Of a stretch of 64,000 nucleotides of DNA, positions 10,261 to 18,957 are shown in pieces. Location of the stretch: NCBI GenBank assembly GCA_963734685.1, contig CAVTIC010000006.1, forward strand, positions 286,977-350,976. The letters run 5' to 3'. The position numbers and the translations under genes are program-made. This DNA comes from an uncultured Actinomycetes bacterium (GTDB lineage: Bacteria > Actinomycetota > UBA4738 > HRBIN12). Below the pieces are notes generated by a model. That model was given only the letters and a program-made list of their open reading frames with translations, did not search any database and was not told the origin of the DNA. The stretch's first letter is position 1. Each line of letters opens with the position of its first letter.

Positions 10261-10674
10261 TCAACCGACGGGAGCGCACCCCACGGTGGGGCGCGTGACT
10301 TCGGCCGTCTCGTCGGCCTCGACCTCCGTGTAGAGCGAGTAGACCTCGCCGGCGGCTACAGGGCCCGGGCTGTCGTAGACCGTCGAGCCGCTGGCCGTGA
10401 ACACCGCAGAGCCGGCGGCCGGAGGCACGATCACGCAGCGGAGCGGCGCCGTGCCCGACCCGGCGTTCGTCACGTCGTAGCGGTAGCACACGGGCTTGCC
10501 GGTCCCCACGGGGCAGTCGACGGCTTCCGGCGCCGCGACCACGAATCGGGCATCGGTGTTCGGCACTCGCGTCTGCAGCACGAACAGCGCCACGCCGATC
10601 GCGAGACCGGCGGCCAGCAGGGTGACCAGCGCCATGTACACCAGGCTCGAGCGAGACGCGGGAAGTACCTGCAC
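10261..10674 (-). CDS. hypothetical membrane-anchored protein
   Basis: ORF 10261..10824 trimmed to the GTG at 10674, which has TACGGT 7 nt upstream. The N-terminal TM helix is LVYMALVTLLAAGLAIGVALFVL. Confidence 0.5.
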   Translation of the reverse strand: MQVLPASRSSLVYMALVTLLAAGLAIGVALFVLQTRVPNTDARFVVAAPEAVDCPVGTGKPVCYRYDVTNAGSGTAPLRCVIVPPAAGSAVFTASGSTVYDSPGPVAAGEVYSLYTEVEADETAEVTRPTVGCAPVG

Positions 10675-10681
10675 GTCGACG

Positions 10682-10687
10682 ACCGTA
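10682..10687 (-). promoter_or_regulatory. -10-like hexamer TACGGT, 7 nt upstream of GTG 10674
   Basis: TANNNT hexamer on the minus strand with no SD. Confidence 0.35.
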
Positions 10688-10859
10688 GCCGCGAGGCCGT
10701 ATCCAGCGCAATCGGTCCTTCGGTCCCTTCTGTGTGCGACGTACCGGATACCGACTTTCGCCGACGGGGCGTCACGCAGCCTGGTCGCGCGCCTCGTCAG
10801 TGTGCCGGCGTCTCCATCGAGCAACTTCGATCTCGGAGCTCGCGCCGCGGTTCATCGAG

Positions 10860-11540
10860 CTACCGAACCCCGACGGTGCGTGAGAAGACGCGAAGACCGT
10901 ATCCGGTTGAACGATCGCCGTAGAGCACGAGGAGGAATTCGACACCCTCAGGCATGGTGAGCGTCTGTCGAAGGACGCGCCGCCTGTCCTTGGTTCGGAG
11001 AGTGAAGGTGTGCTTCCCAGCGGCGTAGCCCTTGAACAGATACGTGGGCCCGCCACTGCGGAGCATCAGATGGTCGATGCGCTCGCCGTCGACCGTCATC
11101 CGCAGCCCTGGTGCAGCCGCGTAGTTGCCGATCACGAACCGTGTCTGGCCTCGACGAACCTGCGGATGAGCAGGAAGCCAGAGGGGTTCAGAGCGGGCTG
11201 TTCCGTCTCTCCCCGGGTGGGCCATCACGATGACCCAGTCCCCGTCGAAGGCGTAGAAGCTGCCCTCATCCACGAGCGTCCCGTCGCACGCCCCTCGAGC
11301 GGGCTCGCGAAGCTTGTACCGATGGCTCGTGGAGCTCGCAGGCAGCGTCACCGTGTGCTCCTGCGAACCGAACTCGACGGCGGTCGCGACCTCGGTTCCG
11401 TCGATGCAGAGGTCCAGTCGTCGGTCCGGGATGCCTTGGAAGAAGAACACCATGCTGGCCGCAGGAGCATCTGCGTGCCCCGCGATCGAAGCGGCAACGA
11501 TCAGAGCGGCAGTGGTGCAGATGAGTGCGAACCGCTTCAT
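10860..11540 (-). CDS. hypothetical secreted protein
   Basis: ORF 10860..11585 trimmed to ATG 11540. The signal peptide is MKRFALICTTAALIVAASIAGHADA and third positions are GC-rich. Confidence 0.6.
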   Translation of the reverse strand: MKRFALICTTAALIVAASIAGHADAPAASMVFFFQGIPDRRLDLCIDGTEVATAVEFGSQEHTVTLPASSTSHRYKLREPARGACDGTLVDEGSFYAFDGDWVIVMAHPGRDGTARSEPLWLPAHPQVRRGQTRFVIGNYAAAPGLRMTVDGERIDHLMLRSGGPTYLFKGYAAGKHTFTLRTKDRRRVLRQTLTMPEGVEFLLVLYGDRSTGYGLRVFSRTVGVR

Positions 11541-11684
11541 CGCATCCGTCCAATCAAGGGATCGGGGTCTCAGGAGAGCAGCCAACCGATGTGTGCGGGA
11601 TCAGCCAAGCGGTCACATGGTTGATTCTGCCTCCCCCGGACGGCCGTCGCTCGAGTTCGACACGCGGATGCTGCGTGGCCGATG

Positions 11685-12288
11685 TCACGTTGGCAGGTGG
11701 CCGGTCCGGGTGGCTGGTTGGCCTAACCCGCTGGATCCACCGGGGGAGGTGACGGCGGCGGGGAGGGTGACGGTGGCGGAGGTGACGGCGGTGGCGATGG
11801 TGAAGGAGGAGGAGATGTCGGAGGCGGGGGTGGCGGGGGCGGGTTCGGGCTGGGACTGGGGTCCGTCCCAGGACCGGGATCGGTGCTCGGATCGCCGCCA
11901 GCATCTCCAGAACGCCGCCACCACCCGAGATCGAGGGACCGGTGTGGCCGTCGACGCTGGTCGGTCCGTCAGGGCTGCGGGGGCTCCCTGGGGCCGGCTC
12001 GGGGGCCACAGGAGGTCCGGATGGGGCAGGCGTCGTCCGTGGCCGGCCGGGAACGACAACGGCCTCCCCGACCGTCCCGACGCCCTCGCGAGCCGTCGGC
12101 AATGACGCCAGGCCGAGGAGGGCGGCGGTCAGGAGCGTCGCGCTGCATAGGCCAACGGTCACCCCGAGACGCAGACCCGGTCGGCGCGACATCCTCCTGA
12201 TCAGGGCCCCGGCGATCAGGCCACAGACCGTCACGAGCATGGCGAAGGTCAGTGCGTCGGCGAGAGTGGCGAGGTCGTCGGTGGTCAT
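11685..12288 (-). CDS. hypothetical membrane protein with Pro/Thr/Ser/Ala-rich tail, probable frame break near 11880
   Basis: The N-terminus MTTDDLATLADALTFAMLVTVCGLIAGALI comes from ORF 11554..12288. Third-position GC favours switching to the frame of ORF 11685..12059 for the tail (QPEPAPATPASDISSSFTIATAVTSATVTLPAAVTSPG). Confidence 0.4.
11741..11850. repeat. low-complexity GGTGACGGNGG-type reiterations (coding, Pro/Ser/Thr-rich on minus strand)
   Basis: Short imperfect reiterations are visible at 11749, 11766 and 11781. There is no spacer architecture. Confidence 0.5.
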
Positions 12289-12754
12289 AGGTCTTCGTCG
12301 AGTCGCGGGGCCCCATGGCGTTGGGTTGATGGACCGTGGACCCGCCCCATTGTCAGGATGTACTCACTCCGCAGGCAAGGGGCAGGATCCCGCGCTCGAA
12401 GCCTCCATGTCCTACGACCGCGACGAGCTGATCGAAGTCCAAACGCCGAAAGGGGTAGACGTTCGGCCGATGTTCTGGTCCCCCAGATGCCCTACGGTTC
12501 AGGTCTATGCAGATGCGATCTTCTGAGCAGGCCGTGCTCCTTCCCCCTGCCGACCCTCGTCGAACTCTCTGCACGAGGTGTGAGCACACGGAGTTCGTTC
12601 ACGGTGACTTCGAGGCCCGCCGGTGTCTCTACTCCGAGTGCGGCTGCAGCGGATTCACACTGGGTGCCGCCTAGCACGGCGTGACCTTCCCGAAGCGTAC
12701 GGAAGGTGGGCCGCCCAGCAGATCCACGACACGACGTCTCCGTGGGCCGCTCCG

Positions 12755-13258
12755 CTAGAGCCCCACGTAGTGTCGTTCACGGTTCGTCGGTGCCCGGTCC
12801 GCGCTCGTGTAGTCCACACCCCACACCCGGAAGCGCACGGCCTTGTTGATGTCGAACCAGCCCAGGGGAAGGGTGCATCCGATGCTCCGTTCGCCCCGCC
12901 GTCGCGAGGGGCGGTGGCCGATGTAGCGACCCGTCTTGTACTCGTCCACGGTGCAACGATGTCGTTCGGGGAAGATCGTCACCCCCCGATCTGCCGACCG
13001 ATCCGTTGGCTTCGTGCTACGTGTGTCCATCGGGATGACGATGAAGTCAAGGCCCTCCGAAGCGTGGAGTCGGTCCCACATGCCGATCCACAGCACAAGC
13101 CGTTCGGGGGTGGTGCGGGTCAGGACCATCCGGACGTCGAGACCGCCGGTCGAGTCGTCAGGATCCCTACGTACCCTCGGGGGGCGAGCCGATGCCGACT
13201 CGACGAGCGTCGTACCGAGCACCACCACCACCACTAGCACCATCATCGATCGCCGCAT
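12755..13258 (-). CDS. hypothetical secreted protein
   Basis: ORF 12755..13330 trimmed to ATG 13258, preceded by GAGGAG. The signal peptide is MRRSMMVLVVVVVLGTTLVESASA. Confidence 0.6.
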   Translation of the reverse strand: MRRSMMVLVVVVVLGTTLVESASARPPRVRRDPDDSTGGLDVRMVLTRTTPERLVLWIGMWDRLHASEGLDFIVIPMDTRSTKPTDRSADRGVTIFPERHRCTVDEYKTGRYIGHRPSRRRGERSIGCTLPLGWFDINKAVRFRVWGVDYTSADRAPTNRERHYVGL

Positions 13259-13481
13259 GACCGTCTCCTCTTTGCAGGCCGACGGGCTGAGCGATCCCCC
13301 GCTGAGGCATGACCACCGCCGCGCGAGCAACCGCTCTCTCTGTCCTCACACGAGCAAGGTGGCCGTCGGTCCTTGATGAAACCTTGACGCCGCCTCAGCG
13401 CCACCTCGTCGGGCAGAACTTCGTGAATCATCGGGGAGCGCCACTCCGTGGTGGACGGGTGCTACGGAGTTCCCGATGCAC

Positions 13482-13778
13482 CTAGGTGTCACCGTGTGCG
13501 AACGGCGGCTCCCATCCCTCAGCCTCGACCGTCGCGATGTAACGCAGCACTATCCCCTCCCTTGCGAGCATCGCGCTCCGTTCGTCGTTCGCGCCTTCGA
13601 CGTATGCGAGCACCTGAGCGAGTGAGGACCTGAGGTTCCGGACTTGATCGACATGCTCTGCCTGATCCGGAATCGAAGGCATCCGCTCCAGCGCCCACGT
13701 GTAGTACCTGAGTCCGTTATCGCAGTGCACCCGGATCAGCTCCAGGGCCTCGTCGGCGCTCGGGGATGCCGCGTCCAC
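13482..13778 (-). CDS. hypothetical protein (98 aa)
   Basis: ORF 13482..13778 has moderately GC-rich third positions. I recognise no family. Confidence 0.4.
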   Translation of the reverse strand: MDAASPSADEALELIRVHCDNGLRYYTWALERMPSIPDQAEHVDQVRNLRSSLAQVLAYVEGANDERSAMLAREGIVLRYIATVEAEGWEPPFAHGDT

Positions 13779-13882
13779 ACGTGGATCGTAGCCACTCCGC
13801 CTTCGAGCGAGGGAGGCACCGCGTGCGACAGGGTGCGGCTATGCCACCGAGCCGATGCTGCCGCAACGAAGGTCCAGGGCCC

Positions 13883-14469
13883 CTACCGCGGCGGGATGAG
13901 CAGGTTGACGGCGCTGCCGATCGCCAGACCGAGTGCGGAACCGCCGACCACATCGAGCGGGAGGTGGGCTCCCACATACAACCGCGCGAAGGGCACGAAG
14001 CCGGAGAGGGCCGCGAGCGACACCCCCCAGCCATCCGCCACGTACGGCCGAGCGATGACCGTCAGGGTAGCGGAGACCGCGGCGTGCCCGGAGGGGAAGC
14101 CGCGATCCCCCTCCTCCACTCCTCGCAGCGTGACGCCCTCGATGATGCTCGCCGGGCGTCCACGATCGACGATCGAGTTTGAGCGCCTTCGCCGACACCC
14201 AGGCTGCGGTTCCGCCGACCACGATCGCGAGCGCGAGGCGCGGGCGGTGACGCGCGAGGGCGAGGACGGCCACCGCGGGGACCGTTCCGAAGGTTCCGTA
14301 CTGCATCGGTATCCAGATCGCCGGATACCACTCCTCCCGGGAGGCCGTTGGCGGTCCGGAAGGTCTGCATCTCGGCGTGCGTGATCGGTCGCCGAGCGAG
14401 CGTCGCCGTTCCCAACAGGGTGCCGATCCCCACGGCAAGACCTGCGATCTCTCGTGTCGGCCGAGCCAT
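13883..14469 (-). pseudogene. PAP2 superfamily phosphatase, 2 frame changes
   Basis: MARPTREIAGLAVGIGTLLGTATLARRP is in ORF 14062..14469. WYPAIWIPMQYGTFGTVPAVAVLAL is in ORF 13839..14438. The PAP2 motifs FPSGHAAV and RLYVGAHLPLDVVGG are in ORF 13883..14482. Confidence 0.7.
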
Positions 14470-14637
14470 CGCTACGGCTCACGCCTGCATGCCGAAGAAC
14501 TGCTTCGACCCATCGGGTGGGCCGACGGCCTCGGGTTGTGGATCTGGGCGACCTACACTGGCTACCGTGCTGGTCTCCATGGTGTCGTCTTCCTCGCTGG
14601 AGTCATGAGAGGTAGGAGCGCTGTGCCATCGCATATG

Positions 14638-15177
14638 CTACCCGCAACACCGGCACTGACCTGCGGAAACGCGGGGCGTAGCGCAGCCTGGTAGCGCACC
14701 TGCTTTGGGAGTAGGCATCGCCGATACTGATCCACTATGCGGTGGCTCATCCCCTCGCTGTCGCTCCGGCGCACCGACGACCTCGGCCGCGTCATCCTCT
14801 TCGGCCGTTCGTTGGAACGACCGCTCGCGCTTGGGGCTCGCAATGCGGATGCGTTGGGCGATAGTTCCGAACAGCAGCGACACCACGGCAATCGAGGCGA
14901 GGTCGGTCAGTACGGCGAAGATGCGCCCCCCTGTCGAGATCGGGTTCGCCAGGGAGGAGGAGATCGTCGTGATCTGCGAGCTGGTCCAAAACAGGGCGTC
15001 ACCGTATGTCGTGACCTCAGAGCCTGGCGCGCTCCGCTCGAGACGATAGAAGACGAAGGCGCCCGCGAGGACCAGGATCACCGTGACCATCGCGAGGACG
15101 GTCACCCGCGCCAAGAGGAGCTCGTTCGCCGATCGGGGTTCGCGCAGCGCTCGGAGGAAACCGTGTCGATAGCTCAT
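14638..15177 (-). CDS. two-TM ion-channel-like protein with degenerate selectivity filter
   Basis: ORF 14638..15177 has TM1, then the pore-helix-like YGDALFWTSSQITTISSSLANPISTGGRIFAV, then TM2. The last 25 or so codons read antisense through the tRNA-Pro fragment. TAGCTT lies 6 nt upstream of the ATG. Confidence 0.55.
   Translation of the reverse strand: MSYRHGFLRALREPRSANELLLARVTVLAMVTVILVLAGAFVFYRLERSAPGSEVTTYGDALFWTSSQITTISSSLANPISTGGRIFAVLTDLASIAVVSLLFGTIAQRIRIASPKRERSFQRTAEEDDAAEVVGAPERQRGDEPPHSGSVSAMPTPKAGALPGCATPRVSAGQCRCCG
14656..14715 (+). repeat. orphan copy of the 16 nt upstream of tRNA-Pro plus tRNA-Pro nt 1-40 (left direct repeat)
   Basis: 14656-14711 is identical to 15819-15874 (56/56). 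The match extends to 60 nt with one mismatch (t14712 versus c15875), then the sequences diverge. Confidence 0.9.
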
Positions 15178-15293
15178 GGGGCGAAGCTAGCTGGTGGGGC
15201 CCGCTGATGCGAGCCGTCCAACCCTCGATCTGATCGGCAGAGATAGCGCCCAGGACGCCGCAGAACCGTACGCGGTCGCCGAAGCTCAGCCCT

Positions 15294-15809
15294 CTACGAG
15301 TTGACGGCGTCGACGATCTTCTCGCCGCCTTCGTTGACCGCTTTCACGACGGCGTCGTAGTCGCCCTTGTCGATCGCCTTGTTGACCTTCTTCGCGGCGT
15401 GGTCGACGGCGGCGTCGATCTTGTCCAGGTACTGGTCGTCCACCACCGCGACGATCGCCGAGGAGTTCGCCGGCAGCCAGTCCGCCTCGTCCAGGCTGGA
15501 TGCGATCCGCTTCTCGTCGTGGTGCTTCGCGATCTTGCCGGCGACCCCACCTGCGACCGCGCCCACGGCCATCGCGCCAAGCAGCGGCGGGGCGAACAGG
15601 CCTACCACGAGCCCGGCGACCCCGCCCAGGGTCGCACCAGCCGCGACCTGCCGGCCGCCATGCTCGTGGACGTTCACCTTGCCGTCGGCGTCGCGGTCAA
15701 GTACCACCGATGCAATGACCGCAGCGTCGTCGAGCTGCTTGAGCGACTGATAGTCCTGCTTCGCTGTCGCCGTGTCTCCGTAAGAGGCGACGTAGAGGAC
15801 GAGGTTCAA
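15294..15809 (-). CDS. DUF1269-like membrane protein (glycine-zipper segment)
   Basis: ORF 15294..16184 trimmed to the TTG at 15809, because upstream it reads through tRNA-Pro. Sequence blocks are LVLYVASYGDTATAKQDYQSL and GATLGGVAGLVVGLFAPPLLGAMAVGAVAGGVAG. Confidence 0.6.
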   Translation of the reverse strand: MNLVLYVASYGDTATAKQDYQSLKQLDDAAVIASVVLDRDADGKVNVHEHGGRQVAAGATLGGVAGLVVGLFAPPLLGAMAVGAVAGGVAGKIAKHHDEKRIASSLDEADWLPANSSAIVAVVDDQYLDKIDAAVDHAAKKVNKAIDKGDYDAVVKAVNEGGEKIVDAVNS

Positions 15810-15818
15810 GTCGGTACG

Positions 15819-15878
15819 CTGACCTGCGGAAACGCGGGGCGTAGCGCAGCCTGGTAGCGCACCTGCTTTGGGAGCAGG
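15819..15878 (+). repeat. right direct repeat (part of the intact tRNA-Pro locus)
   Basis: Partner of 14656-14715. Confidence 0.9.
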
Positions 15879-15908
15879 AGGTCGCGGGTTCGAATCCCGC
15901 CGCCCCGA
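15835..15908 (+). tRNA. tRNA-Pro (anticodon TGG)
   Basis: CGGGGCGTAGCGCAGCCTGGTAGCGCACCTGCTTTGGGAGCAGGAGGTCGCGGGTTCGAATCCCGCCGCCCCGA folds into a canonical 74-nt cloverleaf. Confidence 0.92.
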
Positions 15909-15909
15909 C

Positions 15910-16728
15910 ATGTCGACCATGCGAACGCATCGCGGCGCGATCGCGGCGTTCCTCGTGTCGGGGGCGCTCGCTCTCGCGGGTCTCGGGGCGATCGCGGCCT
16001 CACCCGCGTCGGCCGGGGCGGGCGGCGCCCCTGAGGAGCTGCGGCCCGATGTGATCGTGCGCCCGATCATCGAGATCCACATCGAGAAGTCCAGGGGCGT
16101 GAAGCTGTTGCGCTTCGCGACCATCGTCGGCAACCGAGGGGCGGGGCCGGTAGAGCTGCAACCGCTCACCCCCGACCCCGACACCGACGACTGCGACGGC
16201 GACGGCGACCCGCTGAACGACCGGCGCGCGACGCAGATCGTCTACGGCGACTCGAACGGCAACGGGGTCTTCGACCGCCCGACGGATGAGCCGGTCGGTC
16301 CACCTCGGCCGGTGGGGTGCTCGGTCTTCCACGCGGCGCACAACCACTGGCACCTCGAGGAGTTCGCGCGATACCTGCTGGTGAAGCCCGCGACCGGTCG
16401 GGTGAAGGCGACGGCCGAGAAGGTGTCGTTCTGCGTGCGCGACAGCATCTCGTTCGCCTCGCCGGCGGGCTCCCCCGCACTGGGCTTCTACGGCAACTGC
16501 ACGCAGGACTCGACGACCGGCCTGTCGATCGGGTGGGCCGACTACTACGCCTCGAACCTGGTCGGACAGGAACTCGACATCCGCGGGCTCCCGGACGGGC
16601 GCTACTGCCTGCGCACCGAGGCCGACCCCGCCGACCGCCTCGTCGAGTCCGACGACACGAACAACGGCCGCTCGACGCTCGTGCGCATCAGGGGGCGCGC
16701 GGTGACCGACCTGCGCCTCGCCTGCTGA
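15910..16728 (+). CDS. lysyl oxidase-like copper amine oxidase domain protein, secreted
   Basis: ORF 15868..16728 trimmed to ATG 15910. It has a signal peptide, then the HxHxH copper motif (FHAAHNHWH), EKVSFCVRDS and GLSIGWADYY. These align with the LOX catalytic core, including the Lys and Tyr that form the LTQ cofactor. Confidence 0.75.
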   Translation: MSTMRTHRGAIAAFLVSGALALAGLGAIAASPASAGAGGAPEELRPDVIVRPIIEIHIEKSRGVKLLRFATIVGNRGAGPVELQPLTPDPDTDDCDGDGDPLNDRRATQIVYGDSNGNGVFDRPTDEPVGPPRPVGCSVFHAAHNHWHLEEFARYLLVKPATGRVKATAEKVSFCVRDSISFASPAGSPALGFYGNCTQDSTTGLSIGWADYYASNLVGQELDIRGLPDGRYCLRTEADPADRLVESDDTNNGRSTLVRIRGRAVTDLRLAC

Positions 16729-16749
16729 GGGTCGCGGATCCCGCTCGGG

Positions 16750-17913
16750 TCAGCGGATGGCACCCGGCCCGCGCCCGTATCGCGTCATGATCTCGACGAG
16801 CGCGGCGTGGTCGAGACGGTGCGCCGTGATGCCGTCGCGGCCGGTCATCGTCTCGGCCGCGACGAGCGCGTTCAGGATCGCCTCCTCGGTGGCCTCGATC
16901 GCGCCCCAGAACAACTCGGTGATCGCCCCCTCGGGGATCATCGAAACCTCGACCGGGGTGGTGGCGCTCTCGATCTTGTAGCTCTCGAGCACGCCTCGGT
17001 TCCCCGTGGAGAACGCGAGGAAGATGTCACCGCTGGAGTGCTCGCCGCCGCCGCCGACGCGCGCGATGCCGAGGCCGGCGCGCTGGGCGAGTCGCTCGAG
17101 CTGGTGGGGCAGCATCGGGGCATCGGTCGCGAGGATCACGATGATGGAGCCCATCCCGGGCTCGCCCCTGGCTTCGGACGCTGCGTCGCGTCGGATGCGG
17201 TCCTCCTCGTCCCACGGTGACGGCACCACGGAGCGTGGGATCTCGCGGCCGACGGGAACGCCGTCGACCGTGAGGCGTTCGCGGCGTCCGTAGTTCGCCT
17301 GCACGAGCGCGCCCACGGTCCAGTCGCCGACAGCGCGAGAGGCCGTGCCGGTGCCACCTTTGAACTCGTGGCAGATCATGCCGGTCCCACCGCCGACGGC
17401 GCCCTCGGCGACCACGCCGCTCCTCGCCGAGTCGAGCGCCGCGAACAGGTGCTCAGGGCGCACGTGCATGCCGTTGATGTCGTTCAGCGCGCCGTCGTAA
17501 GTCTCGCCGACCACCGGCAGGCTCCAGTAGGCGGTGAGGTCGGCGCGGCCCCGGATCTCCGCCGCGACGAGCGCGTCGCGCACCACGCCGACGCTGTGGG
17601 TGTTCGTGAGCGCCACCGGGGTCGTGAGCTGGCCGGACTCTCGGATCCACTCGAGCCCGGTGAGCTCGCCGTTGCCGTTCAACCGGTGGCACCCGGCGAA
17701 CAGGGGTTCGGCGCCGATACCCTCATGGGGCATCACGACCGTGACCCCGGTCCGGATCGGGCCGACACCCACTCGGACGGCCCCCTCACCCTCGATCAAG
17801 GTCGTCATGCCGACCGCGACCCCGTCGACGTCCGTGATCGCGTTCAGAGGACCGGGGCGGAGCTGACCGACGGTGAGCCCGAGGTCTCGATAGCGGGTCG
17901 TGGTCTCCGTCAT
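16750..17913 (-). CDS. P1 (DmpA/L-aminopeptidase D-esterase) family peptidase
   Basis: The C-terminal 388 aa of ORF 16750..18363 start at ATG 17913. Family blocks are GPLNAITDVDGVAVG, LTNTHSVG and GGGTGMICHEFKGGTGTAS. Confidence 0.8.
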   Translation of the reverse strand: MTETTTRYRDLGLTVGQLRPGPLNAITDVDGVAVGMTTLIEGEGAVRVGVGPIRTGVTVVMPHEGIGAEPLFAGCHRLNGNGELTGLEWIRESGQLTTPVALTNTHSVGVVRDALVAAEIRGRADLTAYWSLPVVGETYDGALNDINGMHVRPEHLFAALDSARSGVVAEGAVGGGTGMICHEFKGGTGTASRAVGDWTVGALVQANYGRRERLTVDGVPVGREIPRSVVPSPWDEEDRIRRDAASEARGEPGMGSIIVILATDAPMLPHQLERLAQRAGLGIARVGGGGEHSSGDIFLAFSTGNRGVLESYKIESATTPVEVSMIPEGAITELFWGAIEATEEAILNALVAAETMTGRDGITAHRLDHAALVEIMTRYGRGPGAIR

Positions 17914-17924
17914 GGACGCGGAGA

Positions 17925-18236
17925 TTATCCCGCGAAGGCCCGCACGCCCGCCGTGACGAGCGCTGCGACCACGACCACGACCAGCACCGGCGCCCTGAGC
18001 TTGATCGCGACCGCCGCCGCGAGCACGCCGGGCAGGCGAGCGTCGAGCACGAGCTCCTGATCGCCGCCGACCGTGTTGATCGCGACGAGCGCGGCGAGCA
18101 GGGCGGGCGCGAGCAGCGCGACGACCGAGGTCACTCGGGGCGGCAGCGGCTTGCCGCCGAGCAGCACCGGCCCCAATGCCTTGATCGCCATCGTCGCGAG
18201 ACCCGTGAGCACGACGACGGTCCAGGTCGCGCTCAA
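17925..18236 (-). CDS. azlD: AzlD-like branched-chain amino acid transport protein
   Basis: The TTG start overlaps the azlC stop (TTGA). The product is a small hydrophobic protein (WTVVVLTGLATMAIKALGPVLLGG...). Confidence 0.65.
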   Translation of the reverse strand: MSATWTVVVLTGLATMAIKALGPVLLGGKPLPPRVTSVVALLAPALLAALVAINTVGGDQELVLDARLPGVLAAAVAIKLRAPVLVVVVVAALVTAGVRAFAG

Positions 18237-18937
18237 GGCGACGGCTCTCCGGGGTCGGGACGATCGGTCCGCTCGCGAAGCCCCAGAAGACAGGCGGCGC
18301 TCGCCGCGATGATCGGCACGCCCACCGGCGTGAACGGCGTGAGCACCAGCGCGATCGCGGCACCGAGCAGCGCAGCCTCGATGGCGCGGCGCCCGTCCAG
18401 CTGGGGCACCAGCAGCGCGAGGAACAACGCCGGGAACGCCGCGTCGAGCCCCCACGTCGCAGGATCGCCGATCAGGTCGCCGAACGCGACCCCGATGATC
18501 GTGCCGCCCACCCACGCCACGAACAACACGAACCCGGCCCCGAGCAGCACCTTGGGGTTGAAGCGGCCCTCGCCCTCGGCGGCGATCGCCCACGACTCAT
18601 CGACCGTGAGCTGGGCGTGCAGGAAGCGCGACCACCGGCTCCCCGTGAGCGAGGGCGCGGTGCTCACGCCGATCGGTCCGTAGCGGGCGTTCAAGAGCAC
18701 CGCAGCCGTGACGGCCGAGGCCACCGTGCCGCCGCTGCCGAGGACCGACGCAGCCGCGAACTGGGCAGAGCCGGCGAAGGTCGTGATCGACATCACGATC
18801 GGGGCGAGGGTGCCCATGCCGGCCGCGCGAGCGAGCACGCCGAACGAGACGCCGAACCCCACGACCGCGATCGCGAGCGGCGCCACCGCCCGCACACCGT
18901 CGCGGTGGGTGCGTTCGTTCCGGGCCGGCTCGCTCAT
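18233..18937 (-). CDS. azlC: AzlC family branched-chain amino acid permease component
   Basis: ORF 18233..18937 contains FAGSAQFAA and LLNARY, which are AzlC-like blocks. TAGCAT lies 9 nt upstream of the ATG. Confidence 0.75.
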   Translation of the reverse strand: MSEPARNERTHRDGVRAVAPLAIAVVGFGVSFGVLARAAGMGTLAPIVMSITTFAGSAQFAAASVLGSGGTVASAVTAAVLLNARYGPIGVSTAPSLTGSRWSRFLHAQLTVDESWAIAAEGEGRFNPKVLLGAGFVLFVAWVGGTIIGVAFGDLIGDPATWGLDAAFPALFLALLVPQLDGRRAIEAALLGAAIALVLTPFTPVGVPIIAASAACLLGLRERTDRPDPGEPSP

Positions 18938-18957
18938 GGTCGCGCCATGCTAGTGGG

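Noticed and set aside
11741-11850. Possible CRISPR-like or minisatellite repeat (GGTGACGGNGG reiterations)
   Set aside because: The units are short, irregular and contiguous with no spacers. They are explained by a Pro/Ser/Thr/Ala-rich coding tail on the minus strand.
15294-16184. Long N-terminal extension of the DUF1269-like ORF, and ORF 63344..63901, both reading through tRNA genes (shared peptide PKAGALPGCATPRVSAGQ)
   Set aside because: The shared peptide is simply the antisense translation of the tRNA-Pro sequence. The ORFs were trimmed to, or discarded at, the tRNA boundary.
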